Virus record (IMG/VR): IMGVR_UViG_3300046007_003718
Span: 46,396 to 110,395 of that record
DNA: 64,000 nucleotides
Reading direction: 5' to 3' (one strand)
Source of the DNA: a virus
A program made the translations under genes and the position numbers. This document shows, piece after piece, positions 48,295 through 58,408 of the stretch; the first letter of the stretch is position 1; each line of letters starts with the position of its first letter. The notes beneath the pieces are model-generated. The model was not told where the DNA came from. It worked only from the letters and a program-made list of their open reading frames with translations, and searched no databases.

Positions 48295-48867
48295 TTAGGC
48301 TAATGAAAGTGATACAGAAAAAGTCCACGTTGAAGCAGAAGTCTTTGATCCAAGATCTTCTTGCTTACGGTTAAGCATTCTTCCGCCAGATGAGCCATTA
48401 AATACACCCCACTCATACCAGTGAAAGTTGGCATCTGCGGTTCCGTATGTTGAACGGAAGGTAATTGTACCGGCTCCTGCACCAGTCCCGTCTGAGTGTT
48501 GTGGATAAGTTGAATCCATAGCCTTACGGATTTGGTTTGCAGTACCACCAGAAGCCTGCAAATCGTTTTGAGTTGCAGCAGCGGCAACAGTTCCATTGCC
48601 TACTCCAATGTGAGCGTTAGCATTGTTAAAGTAAGTAAGAGTTTGACCGCTTGATGCATTACCATTTCCGATAAGAGTTTCCCAAATACAAGAAGCCCCA
48701 CCATGCATGAGAAGGTTGCCCTCTTTTTCAAATACTTCATAAGGTTGGCTTAGATCTTCGCCATGATATTTTTCAACTCTCCAACGGGCTTTCCACTGGA
48801 TTGGTTGGTGAGTTTCATAATTAGCGCCAATTACGCTAGCCTCACCCATTCTTGCTGATTCTTTCAT
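48295..48867 (-). CDS. virion structural protein
   Basis: GNLL...IGVGNG...ANF.W.EWGVFN...MLNR...LGSKTS. Confidence 0.65.
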   Translation of the reverse strand: MKESARMGEASVIGANYETHQPIQWKARWRVEKYHGEDLSQPYEVFEKEGNLLMHGGASCIWETLIGNGNASSGQTLTYFNNANAHIGVGNGTVAAAATQNDLQASGGTANQIRKAMDSTYPQHSDGTGAGAGTITFRSTYGTADANFHWYEWGVFNGSSGGRMLNRKQEDLGSKTSASTWTFSVSLSLA

Positions 48868-48949
48868 TTTAAGTATTTCCTTTCTTTTACGCGCATAAAA
48901 GATATTTTCTTCTTATATTAAAGCAAAGTGTGTGGTTAGAAAGAAGGAT

Positions 48950-50587
48950 TTAAGATATTTCTGCTGATGCTGTGTAAGAAAATCCATAAGTATACCCGCT
49001 ACTGGGTATTCCACTAGTATTTCCCACAGTATAAAAACCATCATGGGTAATGTTTCCAGCAGTCATTGCATACCCTGAATTTGTATTTGATACATAAACA
49101 CTTCCAGCACTACCACCAAGATATGTACTATTATATAAAACAATTACTGGATCTGTTCTCATTCTCGTTGGAAAAATTGCTCCAGTTCTGGCAACAGTGC
49201 CGTTACCAGAATTACCATCGGCATAGACCATAGAATCATTTCTCAAAAAATACCTTCTACATAAAGATAGTTCTTGTTTAAACGTTCTTTGTTGAAAAGG
49301 AGTTGCTGTTGGACCTAACTCTAATTGTACCCCGGATAATTGCCAAGTAGCCGCAGCGGTTGCCATAAGGTTTGTTGATCCAGACGGTTGATTATAATTA
49401 GCGCTTTCCCATGTGTTTATGTTTGAAGTTGTAAATGAAGATCCGTGGCCTAGTGACCAATTAATTATCAATCCACCTGTTGTCGTCTTTTCCCACGTTC
49501 CAGTATTGTCTGCTGTGAAAGTTATAATCTTTCTTTCCCAAGTATTTGCAGCATTAATTGTATAAGAAAAGGTATAGGATCTATTCAATGCGTCATTTTT
49601 AAATGAGCCACCAAATGTTCCTGTAACGCTGGATTTTACATAGAAAGATAAAGTTACAATTTTATTTGCTGAAGTTCCAAAGCCTAAATCTTGAACATCA
49701 TATCCTTCAATATTCTGCCTTAAAAGATAATAATCGCCTGATGCTAGCGAAGTGTCTTGAGTTGCAACTGTTATTTTGGCTGAGTTTGTAGATATTCCAG
49801 CAGGTCCATCGTTAGTCACACATTGAACATTAGCGTTACCACCGCCGTTTGCATAAAATCTAAATCTGTCGGCAACAAAAACATCTGTTTGAGAATTAGC
49901 CGCAGAATTTCTTCTTCTTTCATCAACAAGCATGGCTCCATTAATAATTTTATTTCTATCGTTCTCAAACCCAGAAATAGGTTCCCATCTATTAGCAGAA
50001 GCCCTCCATCTTAGATTCCACATTGTTCCACTAGTATCATCAATAAGATATCTTACTTCTTGACCATCTATGTTGCCTGTGCTTGGCAATGATGTTACTA
50101 ATGGGGTTGATGCTAATGGAACTATGAATTGAGAGGCTTGGATTATTTTAGATACGCGGAGGAAGGCGGGGGCATAGGCGGGGGAACCTGCCCCACCTGA
50201 ACCTGCGCGTATTTGCTGCGTTGATGAAAGCGACGATACTGCTTTTACCTGATAAGTATGCGAACCAGCAGACGGTGTAAGCCGGTATTGCAAGTGAACT
50301 GGAGCGGCGGTCAGGTCGGATTGCGCTAGGCTTTCTCCCCACGGACTCGCTTTTTGTGTTCCGTCTTCGAACAGGGAAATTGTCAAGTTGTCGCCGCCCA
50401 ACCAACATCGGCCTGACGGCGCAAAAAACTCAACAAGAATTGGAGAGCCGTCGCAAACAACCGTAAGCACGCTACTGACGTTAGTAACCGACGTTCCAAC
50501 GGTTACGCTGCTCGTAATCTGCGAGTACCCCAACTCCACCAATCCACCACTAGTAGTAACTACTGTATTTTCTGATAATGAAGTCAT
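48950..50587 (-). CDS. tail fibre / receptor-binding protein, paralogue A1
   Basis: GGLVELGY N-terminus; RNKIING...QLELG..ATPF...ELSLCRRYF module. Confidence 0.75.
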   Translation of the reverse strand: MTSLSENTVVTTSGGLVELGYSQITSSVTVGTSVTNVSSVLTVVCDGSPILVEFFAPSGRCWLGGDNLTISLFEDGTQKASPWGESLAQSDLTAAPVHLQYRLTPSAGSHTYQVKAVSSLSSTQQIRAGSGGAGSPAYAPAFLRVSKIIQASQFIVPLASTPLVTSLPSTGNIDGQEVRYLIDDTSGTMWNLRWRASANRWEPISGFENDRNKIINGAMLVDERRRNSAANSQTDVFVADRFRFYANGGGNANVQCVTNDGPAGISTNSAKITVATQDTSLASGDYYLLRQNIEGYDVQDLGFGTSANKIVTLSFYVKSSVTGTFGGSFKNDALNRSYTFSYTINAANTWERKIITFTADNTGTWEKTTTGGLIINWSLGHGSSFTTSNINTWESANYNQPSGSTNLMATAAATWQLSGVQLELGPTATPFQQRTFKQELSLCRRYFLRNDSMVYADGNSGNGTVARTGAIFPTRMRTDPVIVLYNSTYLGGSAGSVYVSNTNSGYAMTAGNITHDGFYTVGNTSGIPSSGYTYGFSYTASAEIS

Positions 50588-50589
50588 AT

Positions 50590-51582
50590 TTATGCGCTCA
50601 CTCTTATTGGGGTTATTACAAGATTTGCATTTCCAACTGTTGAGCCGCTCCCTTGAGCAACGTGGTAATCGGAAAGAGCAACAGTTGTGTTTGCAGCCAA
50701 CCCGCTAAGTACAATAGTTCTATTTCCATTTTCATATTGAGATGCGGCGTTTGACATTCTTGCCACATAATAATTAATATTTCTAGAAGTAGTTGTATTA
50801 ATACAAATAATTGCATCATTACCGGAAGTAGTTGTAAGCAAACACGCTCCATTTATTAAGTAATCTCCCGCAAGGGGAACGGCTTTTGTAAGAACATCAG
50901 AGTAAGAGCCAGCCGCGTGAGTTAATGTATATTGAGTTCCATTATCGTGTTGTGTTGATATTGGTGCCCCACCTATAAATTCCCACTTATTGGCAGAAGA
51001 AGATCCAGCCCTATATCTAAAATTCCATATGATGCCATTTGTATTATCGGCCAAGTATCTCACTTCTTGTCCATCTATTGCATCAGATGGAAGAGATGTT
51101 ACTAGGGGTGCATTTGGTGTTTGTACTATTAGTTGAGAGGCTTGGATAACTTTAGAAATGCGAAGAAAAGCGGGGGTCCAGTTGGCAGAGGCGCAAGTAA
51201 TAGTTGCATTAGCCCCAATCGAAACTGCTTTAATAGTTACTGTGTGAACGCCAGCCGAGGGCGCAATTCGCATATGAGCGCTGGCGGGATTGTTCCACGC
51301 GCTAGTAGGAGTCCAGTTCCAAATTCGTCCTTGTCCGACAGTAGGTGAGACTCCATCAACTTCAATTAAGAAATATATATCAGTTGAAGCCCCCGAATCA
51401 ATGCGGGGAACGTAAACATCAACAATGCAAGGGCTTCCATCGGAAACAAAGGAAAGTGGACCAAGGACTATTGCAGCAGCCGCGCCATTTGTGATTGTCT
51501 GGTTCGATATTTTTTCAACATAAGCCAACTCAACTAAACCACCCGGAGCATTAACAACATTAGTATCTGATATAGAAGTCAT
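50590..51582 (-). CDS. tail fibre paralogue A2
   Basis: Same scaffold as A1. Confidence 0.7.
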   Translation of the reverse strand: MTSISDTNVVNAPGGLVELAYVEKISNQTITNGAAAAIVLGPLSFVSDGSPCIVDVYVPRIDSGASTDIYFLIEVDGVSPTVGQGRIWNWTPTSAWNNPASAHMRIAPSAGVHTVTIKAVSIGANATITCASANWTPAFLRISKVIQASQLIVQTPNAPLVTSLPSDAIDGQEVRYLADNTNGIIWNFRYRAGSSSANKWEFIGGAPISTQHDNGTQYTLTHAAGSYSDVLTKAVPLAGDYLINGACLLTTTSGNDAIICINTTTSRNINYYVARMSNAASQYENGNRTIVLSGLAANTTVALSDYHVAQGSGSTVGNANLVITPIRVSA

Positions 51583-52580
51583 GATGAAATCCTTACGATA
51601 TTAAATCTTTGAGCAAGAAAAGAAATTGTTAAATCTCTACTTGCCCCAGACCCGGTATTAATGCCCCACAAACAATATGATTGCCCTCCTGTTAATCTTA
51701 TTAAACCATCAACCGGAGTTCTCATATACGCCCACGAATTTACGGTTGGGCCAGAAATGGTCGTTCCATTATTATTACCCGATTCTGCAAAAGTTAATAT
51801 TCTTGCTCCAGAGCCGTTTGCATCCCATTGACATTGACCTGATATATGATACAGTCCTCCTAAATTAGAAGGGATTGTAATTGTACCATTAGATACTGTA
51901 AACCCAAAGTTGTTTGTCACAGTCGCGCTTGGAAAGGTTAATTTAGTCCAAGTTTCTAATGCAAAGCCAGTTTGAGCAGCGCCTGCAACAATTTCTACGC
52001 TGGGTTGTTCATTTATATTAACCCAAGATGCCCCATTATATTTTTTATTAAAATAAGAATTGTTAATCAAATGATGCACTTCTTGATTAACAACAGGATT
52101 AGAAGGCAAATCTGTAACAATTGGCGCATTAGATTGAGTTACTAACAATTGAGAGGCTTGGATGATCTTGGATACGCGGAGGACCGCATTACCGGTCAGG
52201 GATGTCTGGAGGGTTGATCCAGTCCATCTCCACCATCTAACCGAAATAGTGCGAGAGCCCGCAGCGGGGGTAATCCTTCGGCTTTGAGCGTACGCAAGGC
52301 GAAGAACCTGATTGTTTGTATTTGCCTCAAAGTTAGAGTTGTAAACACCATCAACCCACACACCGATCTGCACACCCTCACCTGTGGCGCAGGCAATACA
52401 GCACTCAAACTCAATAAGGATTGGGCTGCCGTCGCATATGACTGTGGTTGAGACAAGTTCAGTCGCGTTTGCCTGAGTTGTCTGAGAAACGGCGACGTTC
52501 GTGCGATCCGTGGACTGGTACCCCAACTCCACCAATCCACCGGGCGCATTAACTACTTCTGTATCTGATATAGAGGTCAT
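51579..52580 (-). CDS. tail fibre paralogue A3
   Basis: Same scaffold; C1q-like C-terminus. Confidence 0.7.
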   Translation of the reverse strand: MTSISDTEVVNAPGGLVELGYQSTDRTNVAVSQTTQANATELVSTTVICDGSPILIEFECCIACATGEGVQIGVWVDGVYNSNFEANTNNQVLRLAYAQSRRITPAAGSRTISVRWWRWTGSTLQTSLTGNAVLRVSKIIQASQLLVTQSNAPIVTDLPSNPVVNQEVHHLINNSYFNKKYNGASWVNINEQPSVEIVAGAAQTGFALETWTKLTFPSATVTNNFGFTVSNGTITIPSNLGGLYHISGQCQWDANGSGARILTFAESGNNNGTTISGPTVNSWAYMRTPVDGLIRLTGGQSYCLWGINTGSGASRDLTISFLAQRFNIVRISS

Positions 52581-52897
52581 GGCTTAGGATACCTATCCTT
52601 AACTTCTTTGATTACTTTTTTCCATTTATCGTAACCTTCATGATATAAAATATCTAATTGATCTATAATAGATGGATATGCAATGGCTCGTTTTTGCTGA
52701 TATTGAGCATTTTCTTTTTCTTTTTTTAAACGTTCAATTTCTTCTTCAACCTCTTTTAAAGTTGGGATTTTGTCTGGGCCAAACCATTCCACAGTTTCAT
52801 ACTGGTTATCAAAAACAGCAAAAGCGTTGTTTGGTCGCAGAGAGGCGAGTGCTTCACTAATCCCAATTGATTTATCTATCATCCCTTTATCTCCCAA
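52577..52897 (-). CDS. tail fibre assembly chaperone-like protein
   Basis: RAIAYPSIIDQLDILYH...VKDRYPKP. Confidence 0.7.
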   Translation of the reverse strand: MGDKGMIDKSIGISEALASLRPNNAFAVFDNQYETVEWFGPDKIPTLKEVEEEIERLKKEKENAQYQQKRAIAYPSIIDQLDILYHEGYDKWKKVIKEVKDRYPKP

Positions 52898-54042
52898 ACA
52901 GTGTAGTAAGAAGCCCAGTTTGCGCTTTGGTTTAGACGACCATTAGTAGTTGCAAGATAAACAGCAATCTGCGTTGTGATTGCGGTCGGGTTAGTTGTGT
53001 TTGCAGTAAATGAGATTGACTTGACAGTACGGCTGTAAAGGTCAGCGTTAGACCCCGTTGCAACGTAAACCTCATGCGTCTGCCCTTGTACCGTCACGAC
53101 GCTTCCGCCCCAAAGCCCACGGCAGGACATACCTGCATAGGTCTGACCGGGGTGGTAAGGGGCCATTGCCCACTCAAACTGAATTAAAATAGTTGAATTA
53201 GAAAATTGTGGAGTGAATGTATATGAAGAATTTGTTGCACTTACCCAACCTGCACCAGAGCCGTTTACGCTAGTCTCGTTTGTCCAGCCGTATCTTCCAA
53301 CTTGCACAACTGATCCTGCGGGTAAACTAGAAGTGTTGATTGAAAACTCATCCCAACTTGATCCATTATATCTTTTTTGAATATATTTACCTGAAATTAG
53401 ATGATAAACTTGTTCTCCAATTTGAGGATTAGAAGGAAGTTGAGTAACAACAGGAGGTTGATTTTGATAAAACCACCCGCCCCTCGGTAAATCAGCAACG
53501 GCCTTAATAATATAATTTGTTACCAAATAAGGGGGAGAATCCGTAGGAGATGTTGAAGAAGATGCTCCTTCTGGGTTAACTTTAATATTAATTCCAGTTG
53601 TTGCAGATCTTGTCGCGGTATATGATGTACCTGTATTAGCAAGAGCAGGATTTGATTGATTAGATCCCGCAACTCCCGCAACATTATAGTCGCCAGCGTG
53701 TTGGTGGCCGGGGTCGGAAAAGTATACCGTATGTTGGTGCTTGGGTCTACGATTAGCAAGAGAAGCGCCTTCATTATTTCCCAATGTAGCCACATCAGTA
53801 TGGGTGCCTTTTCCTACTGGAATGCGTCCTCTCATATCAGGAATATTAAATGTTGTTGACCCATCTCCTGACCCATATGTTGTGCTTAAAGCAGAAAACA
53901 ATTCAGGATATTGAATTCTAGATATAGCAGAGCCATCGCAGAACAACCAACCCGCAGGGGCATTTACTCCTGCAAAGGCTTCTATGACACCCACAGGAGT
54001 TGTTTGGACTACGTTGTTTGCTAATGCTGATAAATTACCCAT
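52879..54042 (-). CDS. tail-collar-domain fibre protein B1
   Basis: PVGVIEAFAG..AP.GWL.CDGS..SR..YPELF...GDGSTTFNIPDMRGR. Confidence 0.85.
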   Translation of the reverse strand: MGNLSALANNVVQTTPVGVIEAFAGVNAPAGWLFCDGSAISRIQYPELFSALSTTYGSGDGSTTFNIPDMRGRIPVGKGTHTDVATLGNNEGASLANRRPKHQHTVYFSDPGHQHAGDYNVAGVAGSNQSNPALANTGTSYTATRSATTGINIKVNPEGASSSTSPTDSPPYLVTNYIIKAVADLPRGGWFYQNQPPVVTQLPSNPQIGEQVYHLISGKYIQKRYNGSSWDEFSINTSSLPAGSVVQVGRYGWTNETSVNGSGAGWVSATNSSYTFTPQFSNSTILIQFEWAMAPYHPGQTYAGMSCRGLWGGSVVTVQGQTHEVYVATGSNADLYSRTVKSISFTANTTNPTAITTQIAVYLATTNGRLNQSANWASYYTVWEIKG

Positions 54043-54044
54043 TA

Positions 54045-55160
54045 TTAAACCTCTGCATAAAAACTAACACCATCTAATCCAACCCAAGTGTTTCCAGTTC
54101 TATAGGCATAAACATTGCCACTAGTATCAACATCAATTCTTGAGACTGTCCAAGGTTCTCCGGAGGTTGCTGGAAAAAGTTTTCTTGCTGAAGGTCGAAA
54201 ACCTGTTGGTAAAACAAAAGCAATATCTGATGTTTTACTTGAACCACTTAACAGTCCTTTAAGCATAACAATTCCATCTGGAGTTTTTAAATAACCAGCA
54301 GTGTCAAAACCTGCTCCATGATTTGCCCAACCATTTATTAATGTGGGCGCAACCCATGAAGGTTTAGAAACCGCTCCAGTATTGTACCAAGTTCCAGCAC
54401 TATATCTTTTTGCTGTTTGGTAAGTTGTCCCGGCTACTGTTTCTTGCAAATATACTTCTTGACCCTCATATGGATTAGTTGGCAAGGAAGTAATAACTTC
54501 TGGTGTAGAACTATTATACCATCCACCCCGAGGAAGTTCACTAACTGCTTTAATAATATAGTTTAATATAATTGTTGGCTGAGTATTGTTGTGGGCATTA
54601 CCGCCACCAGTATTTTGATTAGTAGCAGTAACCCCCATAGCAGTAAGATTTTGACCTCCATAAACTCCTGCAAAAACTCCAGATGGAGAGAAAGTAAAGG
54701 TTGCGCCACCTGAAAGACCACCAAAATTTGCTCCCCAACTGTGTCCACCGGGGGATTCAACAGAGTGTGAGTGAGCATTTTGAGTGTGAGTGTGAGATGG
54801 CATTTCGTTAGAAGTTAAGGTATTACTTTGAGAACCCCCACTATTCCCCAATGCAGTTCCAGAAGCACCAAAAAAAGTAGAAGTAAGTCTATTGGTGGGA
54901 CCATTATTCATATTATTGACACCATCTCTACCAGCAATAGTGCGGCCTCTTAAGTCGGGCAATGTAAAAGTAGCAAACCCATCCCCCGAACCGTAGGTAG
55001 TTCCAATAACGTTAAAGAGTTCGGGATATAATGCTCTAGATATTTGAGAGCCGTCGCAAATAAGCCAACCGTTGGGCGCATTAGTTCCTGCAAAAGCCTC
55101 TACGACTCCTACTGGTTGTGGTTGAACTGCAATGTTTGCGACTTTAGATAATACGGCCAT
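54045..55160 (-). CDS. tail-collar-domain fibre protein B2
   Basis: Collar motif; C-terminal LPTGFRP head domain. Confidence 0.85.
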   Translation of the reverse strand: MAVLSKVANIAVQPQPVGVVEAFAGTNAPNGWLICDGSQISRALYPELFNVIGTTYGSGDGFATFTLPDLRGRTIAGRDGVNNMNNGPTNRLTSTFFGASGTALGNSGGSQSNTLTSNEMPSHTHTQNAHSHSVESPGGHSWGANFGGLSGGATFTFSPSGVFAGVYGGQNLTAMGVTATNQNTGGGNAHNNTQPTIILNYIIKAVSELPRGGWYNSSTPEVITSLPTNPYEGQEVYLQETVAGTTYQTAKRYSAGTWYNTGAVSKPSWVAPTLINGWANHGAGFDTAGYLKTPDGIVMLKGLLSGSSKTSDIAFVLPTGFRPSARKLFPATSGEPWTVSRIDVDTSGNVYAYRTGNTWVGLDGVSFYAEV

Positions 55161-56333
55161 TTACGCACATCCCCACAATTCTGCTGAAGACTCAGCAGTT
55201 AAATTTGTTCCCGCATCATCAAGGAGGGTTATAGAAGTAATTGCAGCAACATCATTAGAACATACCGACGTATTTACAGCAGAAAGTGCAGAATATCCAT
55301 CCCATCCTGCCGAAGTTGAGTGTGCCGTTTTAACCATATATGATTGGGAATATTGCGGGAAATCAATAATGCCTCTAGTAATACAATTTATAGTCTGACG
55401 AGAACCTGACGGAATTTGACCTAGATATGCGCTAGTGTCCGTTGCATTTGTTGCCCCATTTGTCACCGTTGTACTGACACTAATTCTATATCCAAGAGAA
55501 TAACCAGACGTAATACCATTCCATCTAAATCTTCCTCCAGTATTTTGGAAACCACTTCTTGAACTGGCCATTACAAATCTTACTTGAAGATGAGTATACG
55601 TTTGAGGAATAGAAGAGTAGGACAGTGTTGTTCCGCTTAAAGTAAAATCTCCTATTTTTTGCCATCCACTACTTACCGATTGCCAACGAGTACCATCCCA
55701 TCTTTTATTCAATACCCCACCAGTTGAAGCATATAAATAAACTTCTTCACCAATTGCAGGGTTGGTTGGTAATTGAGTAACAACAGGAGGACTAGATTGA
55801 GTATACCAACCACCCCTTGCTATATCTGCTACTGCTTTGATGATGTAGTTGGTGACGAGGAAGGGGGGCATGTTCTCGCCGGAACCTGAACCCGTGCCCT
55901 TTGTCTTTAGGTAGCCAGCCCCCGCTTTGTCAACGACGTTGCCCCCGCTTACGGCCCAGATAATGTCGCCGCCAGCGTTAACGGCCCCGCCAGAGGTAGT
56001 GACCTCTCCGTAGTTGTGGATGTGGCTTTGCAGCCGGGTGTCTCCACCCTTGTCACCACGAGTGCGCGATGCGTTATTTGCAGCAGTTCCATCATTTCCA
56101 GCACCTACTGGCATTCTCCCGCGAAGATCTGGAAGATTAAAAGTTGTGCTTCCATCTCCAGAACCATAGGTTGTTCCTATTGTATTAAACAAATCCGGAT
56201 AATCTTGACGACGGACAGCGCTGGCATCACATATTAGCCAGCCAGTTGGGGCGTTCGCTCCTGCAAATGCTTGTATAGAACCTACCGGAAGTCCGGGAGT
56301 CGCAATGCTAGCAGAAGTGGAGAGGATTGCCAA
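55161..56333 (-). CDS. tail-collar-domain fibre protein B3
   Basis: Collar motif; SIPQTYTHLQ C-terminal domain. Confidence 0.85.
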   Translation of the reverse strand: MAILSTSASIATPGLPVGSIQAFAGANAPTGWLICDASAVRRQDYPDLFNTIGTTYGSGDGSTTFNLPDLRGRMPVGAGNDGTAANNASRTRGDKGGDTRLQSHIHNYGEVTTSGGAVNAGGDIIWAVSGGNVVDKAGAGYLKTKGTGSGSGENMPPFLVTNYIIKAVADIARGGWYTQSSPPVVTQLPTNPAIGEEVYLYASTGGVLNKRWDGTRWQSVSSGWQKIGDFTLSGTTLSYSSIPQTYTHLQVRFVMASSRSGFQNTGGRFRWNGITSGYSLGYRISVSTTVTNGATNATDTSAYLGQIPSGSRQTINCITRGIIDFPQYSQSYMVKTAHSTSAGWDGYSALSAVNTSVCSNDVAAITSITLLDDAGTNLTAESSAELWGCA

Positions 56334-56335
56334 TT

Positions 56336-57112
56336 TTAATCACTCTCCGTGAAGAAGGCAACGCTTTGAGTGCCACTTTGAGCAACGCCATGAATAGCGG
56401 CTTGTGGAGCGCGGTCAATAACAGCAGTCTGTCCGGGGGCTAGTCTTAAACCTGATCCAGTTGCTACACCAGAGGCTCCTAGCCATATATAATCTGTGCC
56501 CAAGTTGGTTAATACGGCAGTTCTTCTTGTTCCTGATGCTGCAAGAATCTGTGCTGAAGTAGAAACCGCAGCAGAACCATGAGCAACAGCAGAACCACGC
56601 TCAATAGTATTTGCCGTTCCAGCAACGCTTACGGTTCCTTGAGTATAAATTGCCCCGGCTGCGGCATTAGTTACTGTAGTAGTGCCCGAAACAAATGCGG
56701 GAGCAGAGGCGGGAATTGTTACTGTTCCAGCAATATATCCGGGGGCTGATTGAGGAATAGTTGCTGTTGTTGTTCCTTGAACAAACAAAGCGCCACCGGC
56801 TGCATTAGTTGCAGTAGTAGTCCCTTGCACAAACAAGGCTCCTGCCGCAGCATTGGTAGCAGTTACAGTTCCGCCGACAAACCAATTGCCAGATTGAATA
56901 GCAGTAACGGGCCAAGTTCCAGAACCGACGTTTGCAGTTACTGTCCAAGAACCACCTTGATTAACAGTTCCGCCAATATTCCAGTTGCCGGATTGAATGG
57001 CATTTACGTTCCATGTTGCATTCTGAGAAACAGTACCGACGATTGGAGTTGTGCCGCTCGCAGTAACTGTTCCTTGGACCTTAACGGTATTTACTACAAT
57101 TGGAGCGCCCAT
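56336..57112 (-). CDS. beta-repeat fibre/decoration protein
   Basis: QSGNW and GTTTATNAA repeats. Confidence 0.6.
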   Translation of the reverse strand: MGAPIVVNTVKVQGTVTASGTTPIVGTVSQNATWNVNAIQSGNWNIGGTVNQGGSWTVTANVGSGTWPVTAIQSGNWFVGGTVTATNAAAGALFVQGTTTATNAAGGALFVQGTTTATIPQSAPGYIAGTVTIPASAPAFVSGTTTVTNAAAGAIYTQGTVSVAGTANTIERGSAVAHGSAAVSTSAQILAASGTRRTAVLTNLGTDYIWLGASGVATGSGLRLAPGQTAVIDRAPQAAIHGVAQSGTQSVAFFTESD

Positions 57113-57465
57113 TATGCCGTAATCCTATTCACGAATCCGCCAACGTTTATAACAGATCCTACGCTGGCATATGCTTTAACAACAAGTCCATTTTGAAGAA
57201 GAAACGATGGAATGATTTCAATCAAACCGACATTGGCTGGCAATACAAAACTTACTTCATTATTTGCGCCAGTTCCGCCGTATTCTAAAGTAAGAGTAGC
57301 ATCGGTGCTGTGATAGTTTGTTGCAAAAATGTGAAGTTCATCAATATTTGCGGTTCCAGAAACAGCAGTATGAATAGTATTTGCAGCAGCGGTTGAAGTT
57401 CCAGTAATCTGAATAAATCTTCCGTTTGTAGAACCAGATAGTAAGAGTTTGCTAATAGATGCCAT
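57112..57465 (-). CDS. virion structural protein
   Basis: LLSGSTNGR..I...IHTA...GFVNRI. Confidence 0.6.
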   Translation of the reverse strand: MASISKLLLSGSTNGRFIQITGTSTAAANTIHTAVSGTANIDELHIFATNYHSTDATLTLEYGGTGANNEVSFVLPANVGLIEIIPSFLLQNGLVVKAYASVGSVINVGGFVNRITA

Positions 57466-58007
57466 TATCCAAATACCTCTTTGTTAAGTTTGACTAAGAG
57501 CGCCAAATCGTCCCCTCCTACATTAAGGTTCGTACCAACGATAAAGGCTCCGTCTGTCTTAAGTTGGGCAGAACCGGCGCGGTATAAGTTTGTATCCTCA
57601 GCAACTGAACCCGAACCCCACTCAACAGTACCTCCAGCATCAATACTTAAGCGAGGTTCAACATCTCCATCATCTCTTATCTGAAAGTTTTCATCGTCGG
57701 GGCTATCACCTTGAAGCAATGATTGTTGTGGGTGATTTACATAATAACGAGAAGTGGCAGATCCATATTGTGAAGAAATAGTTATGTCATATAAACCAAT
57801 TTCAAGCCAGCCAGTAAATGATCCATCAGCATTTGAGATAAGTGGTTGAGAAACCGTACCTGCGCCAGTCTCTCCTGAGTAGATCATCGCAGTGACCGAT
57901 CCGGGCACTGTTATAATTGATGCTGTCGCGCCTGAAATAGCATTACCATTAAGATCTTGCACTTTTCTCGTTATGGGCGTTCTTAGAATAAGAGGATTAG
58001 TAGACAT
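57465..58007 (-). CDS. virion structural protein (beta-sandwich N-terminus)
   Basis: D.NGNAISGA...SNADGSF...GLYDI. Confidence 0.55.
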   Translation of the reverse strand: MSTNPLILRTPITRKVQDLNGNAISGATASIITVPGSVTAMIYSGETGAGTVSQPLISNADGSFTGWLEIGLYDITISSQYGSATSRYYVNHPQQSLLQGDSPDDENFQIRDDGDVEPRLSIDAGGTVEWGSGSVAEDTNLYRAGSAQLKTDGAFIVGTNLNVGGDDLALLVKLNKEVFG

Positions 58008-58012
58008 TTATA

Positions 58013-58408
58013 TTACCTTCTATAAAAAGCATAGATAGCGTCATTGGCTCCGGGGGCAACAGACATTGTAATTGTATTGGTAGATAGTGTATAATCCCCA
58101 GCAGACCCCGGAGACATTAAAAGCCCGCCGACGTAAAGTTGAAGACTGGCAGATGGTGTTGGGGTTCCTGCTAACGTAAAAGTGGTGTTAGTGCTATTCT
58201 TGGTGCCAACTGGAACCTCTGAATCAACAAAAGTCGTAAATGAGGGAATAGAGGTAGGAACGTAAGCAGTTCCATTAAATATTAATGCTTGACCACTTGT
58301 TGCAGATCCTGCTGAGATAACAGAAGCGGGAAGCCCAGCGGTTCCAATATCGGCACTTCCAATATTTAGCGGGCCTAGCCTACTCTTAGGTACTTTAGAT
58401 AAACTCAT
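58013..58408 (-). CDS. virion structural protein
   Basis: P.GT.NS.NT.FTL...GLLM..G...DYT. Confidence 0.55.
   Translation of the reverse strand: MSLSKVPKSRLGPLNIGSADIGTAGLPASVISAGSATSGQALIFNGTAYVPTSIPSFTTFVDSEVPVGTKNSTNTTFTLAGTPTPSASLQLYVGGLLMSPGSAGDYTLSTNTITMSVAPGANDAIYAFYRR

Noticed and set aside
48950-56333. Diversity-generating retroelement or invertible shufflon
   Set aside because: No reverse transcriptase or invertase, no TR/VR pair differing only at adenines, and all copies are intact and co-oriented
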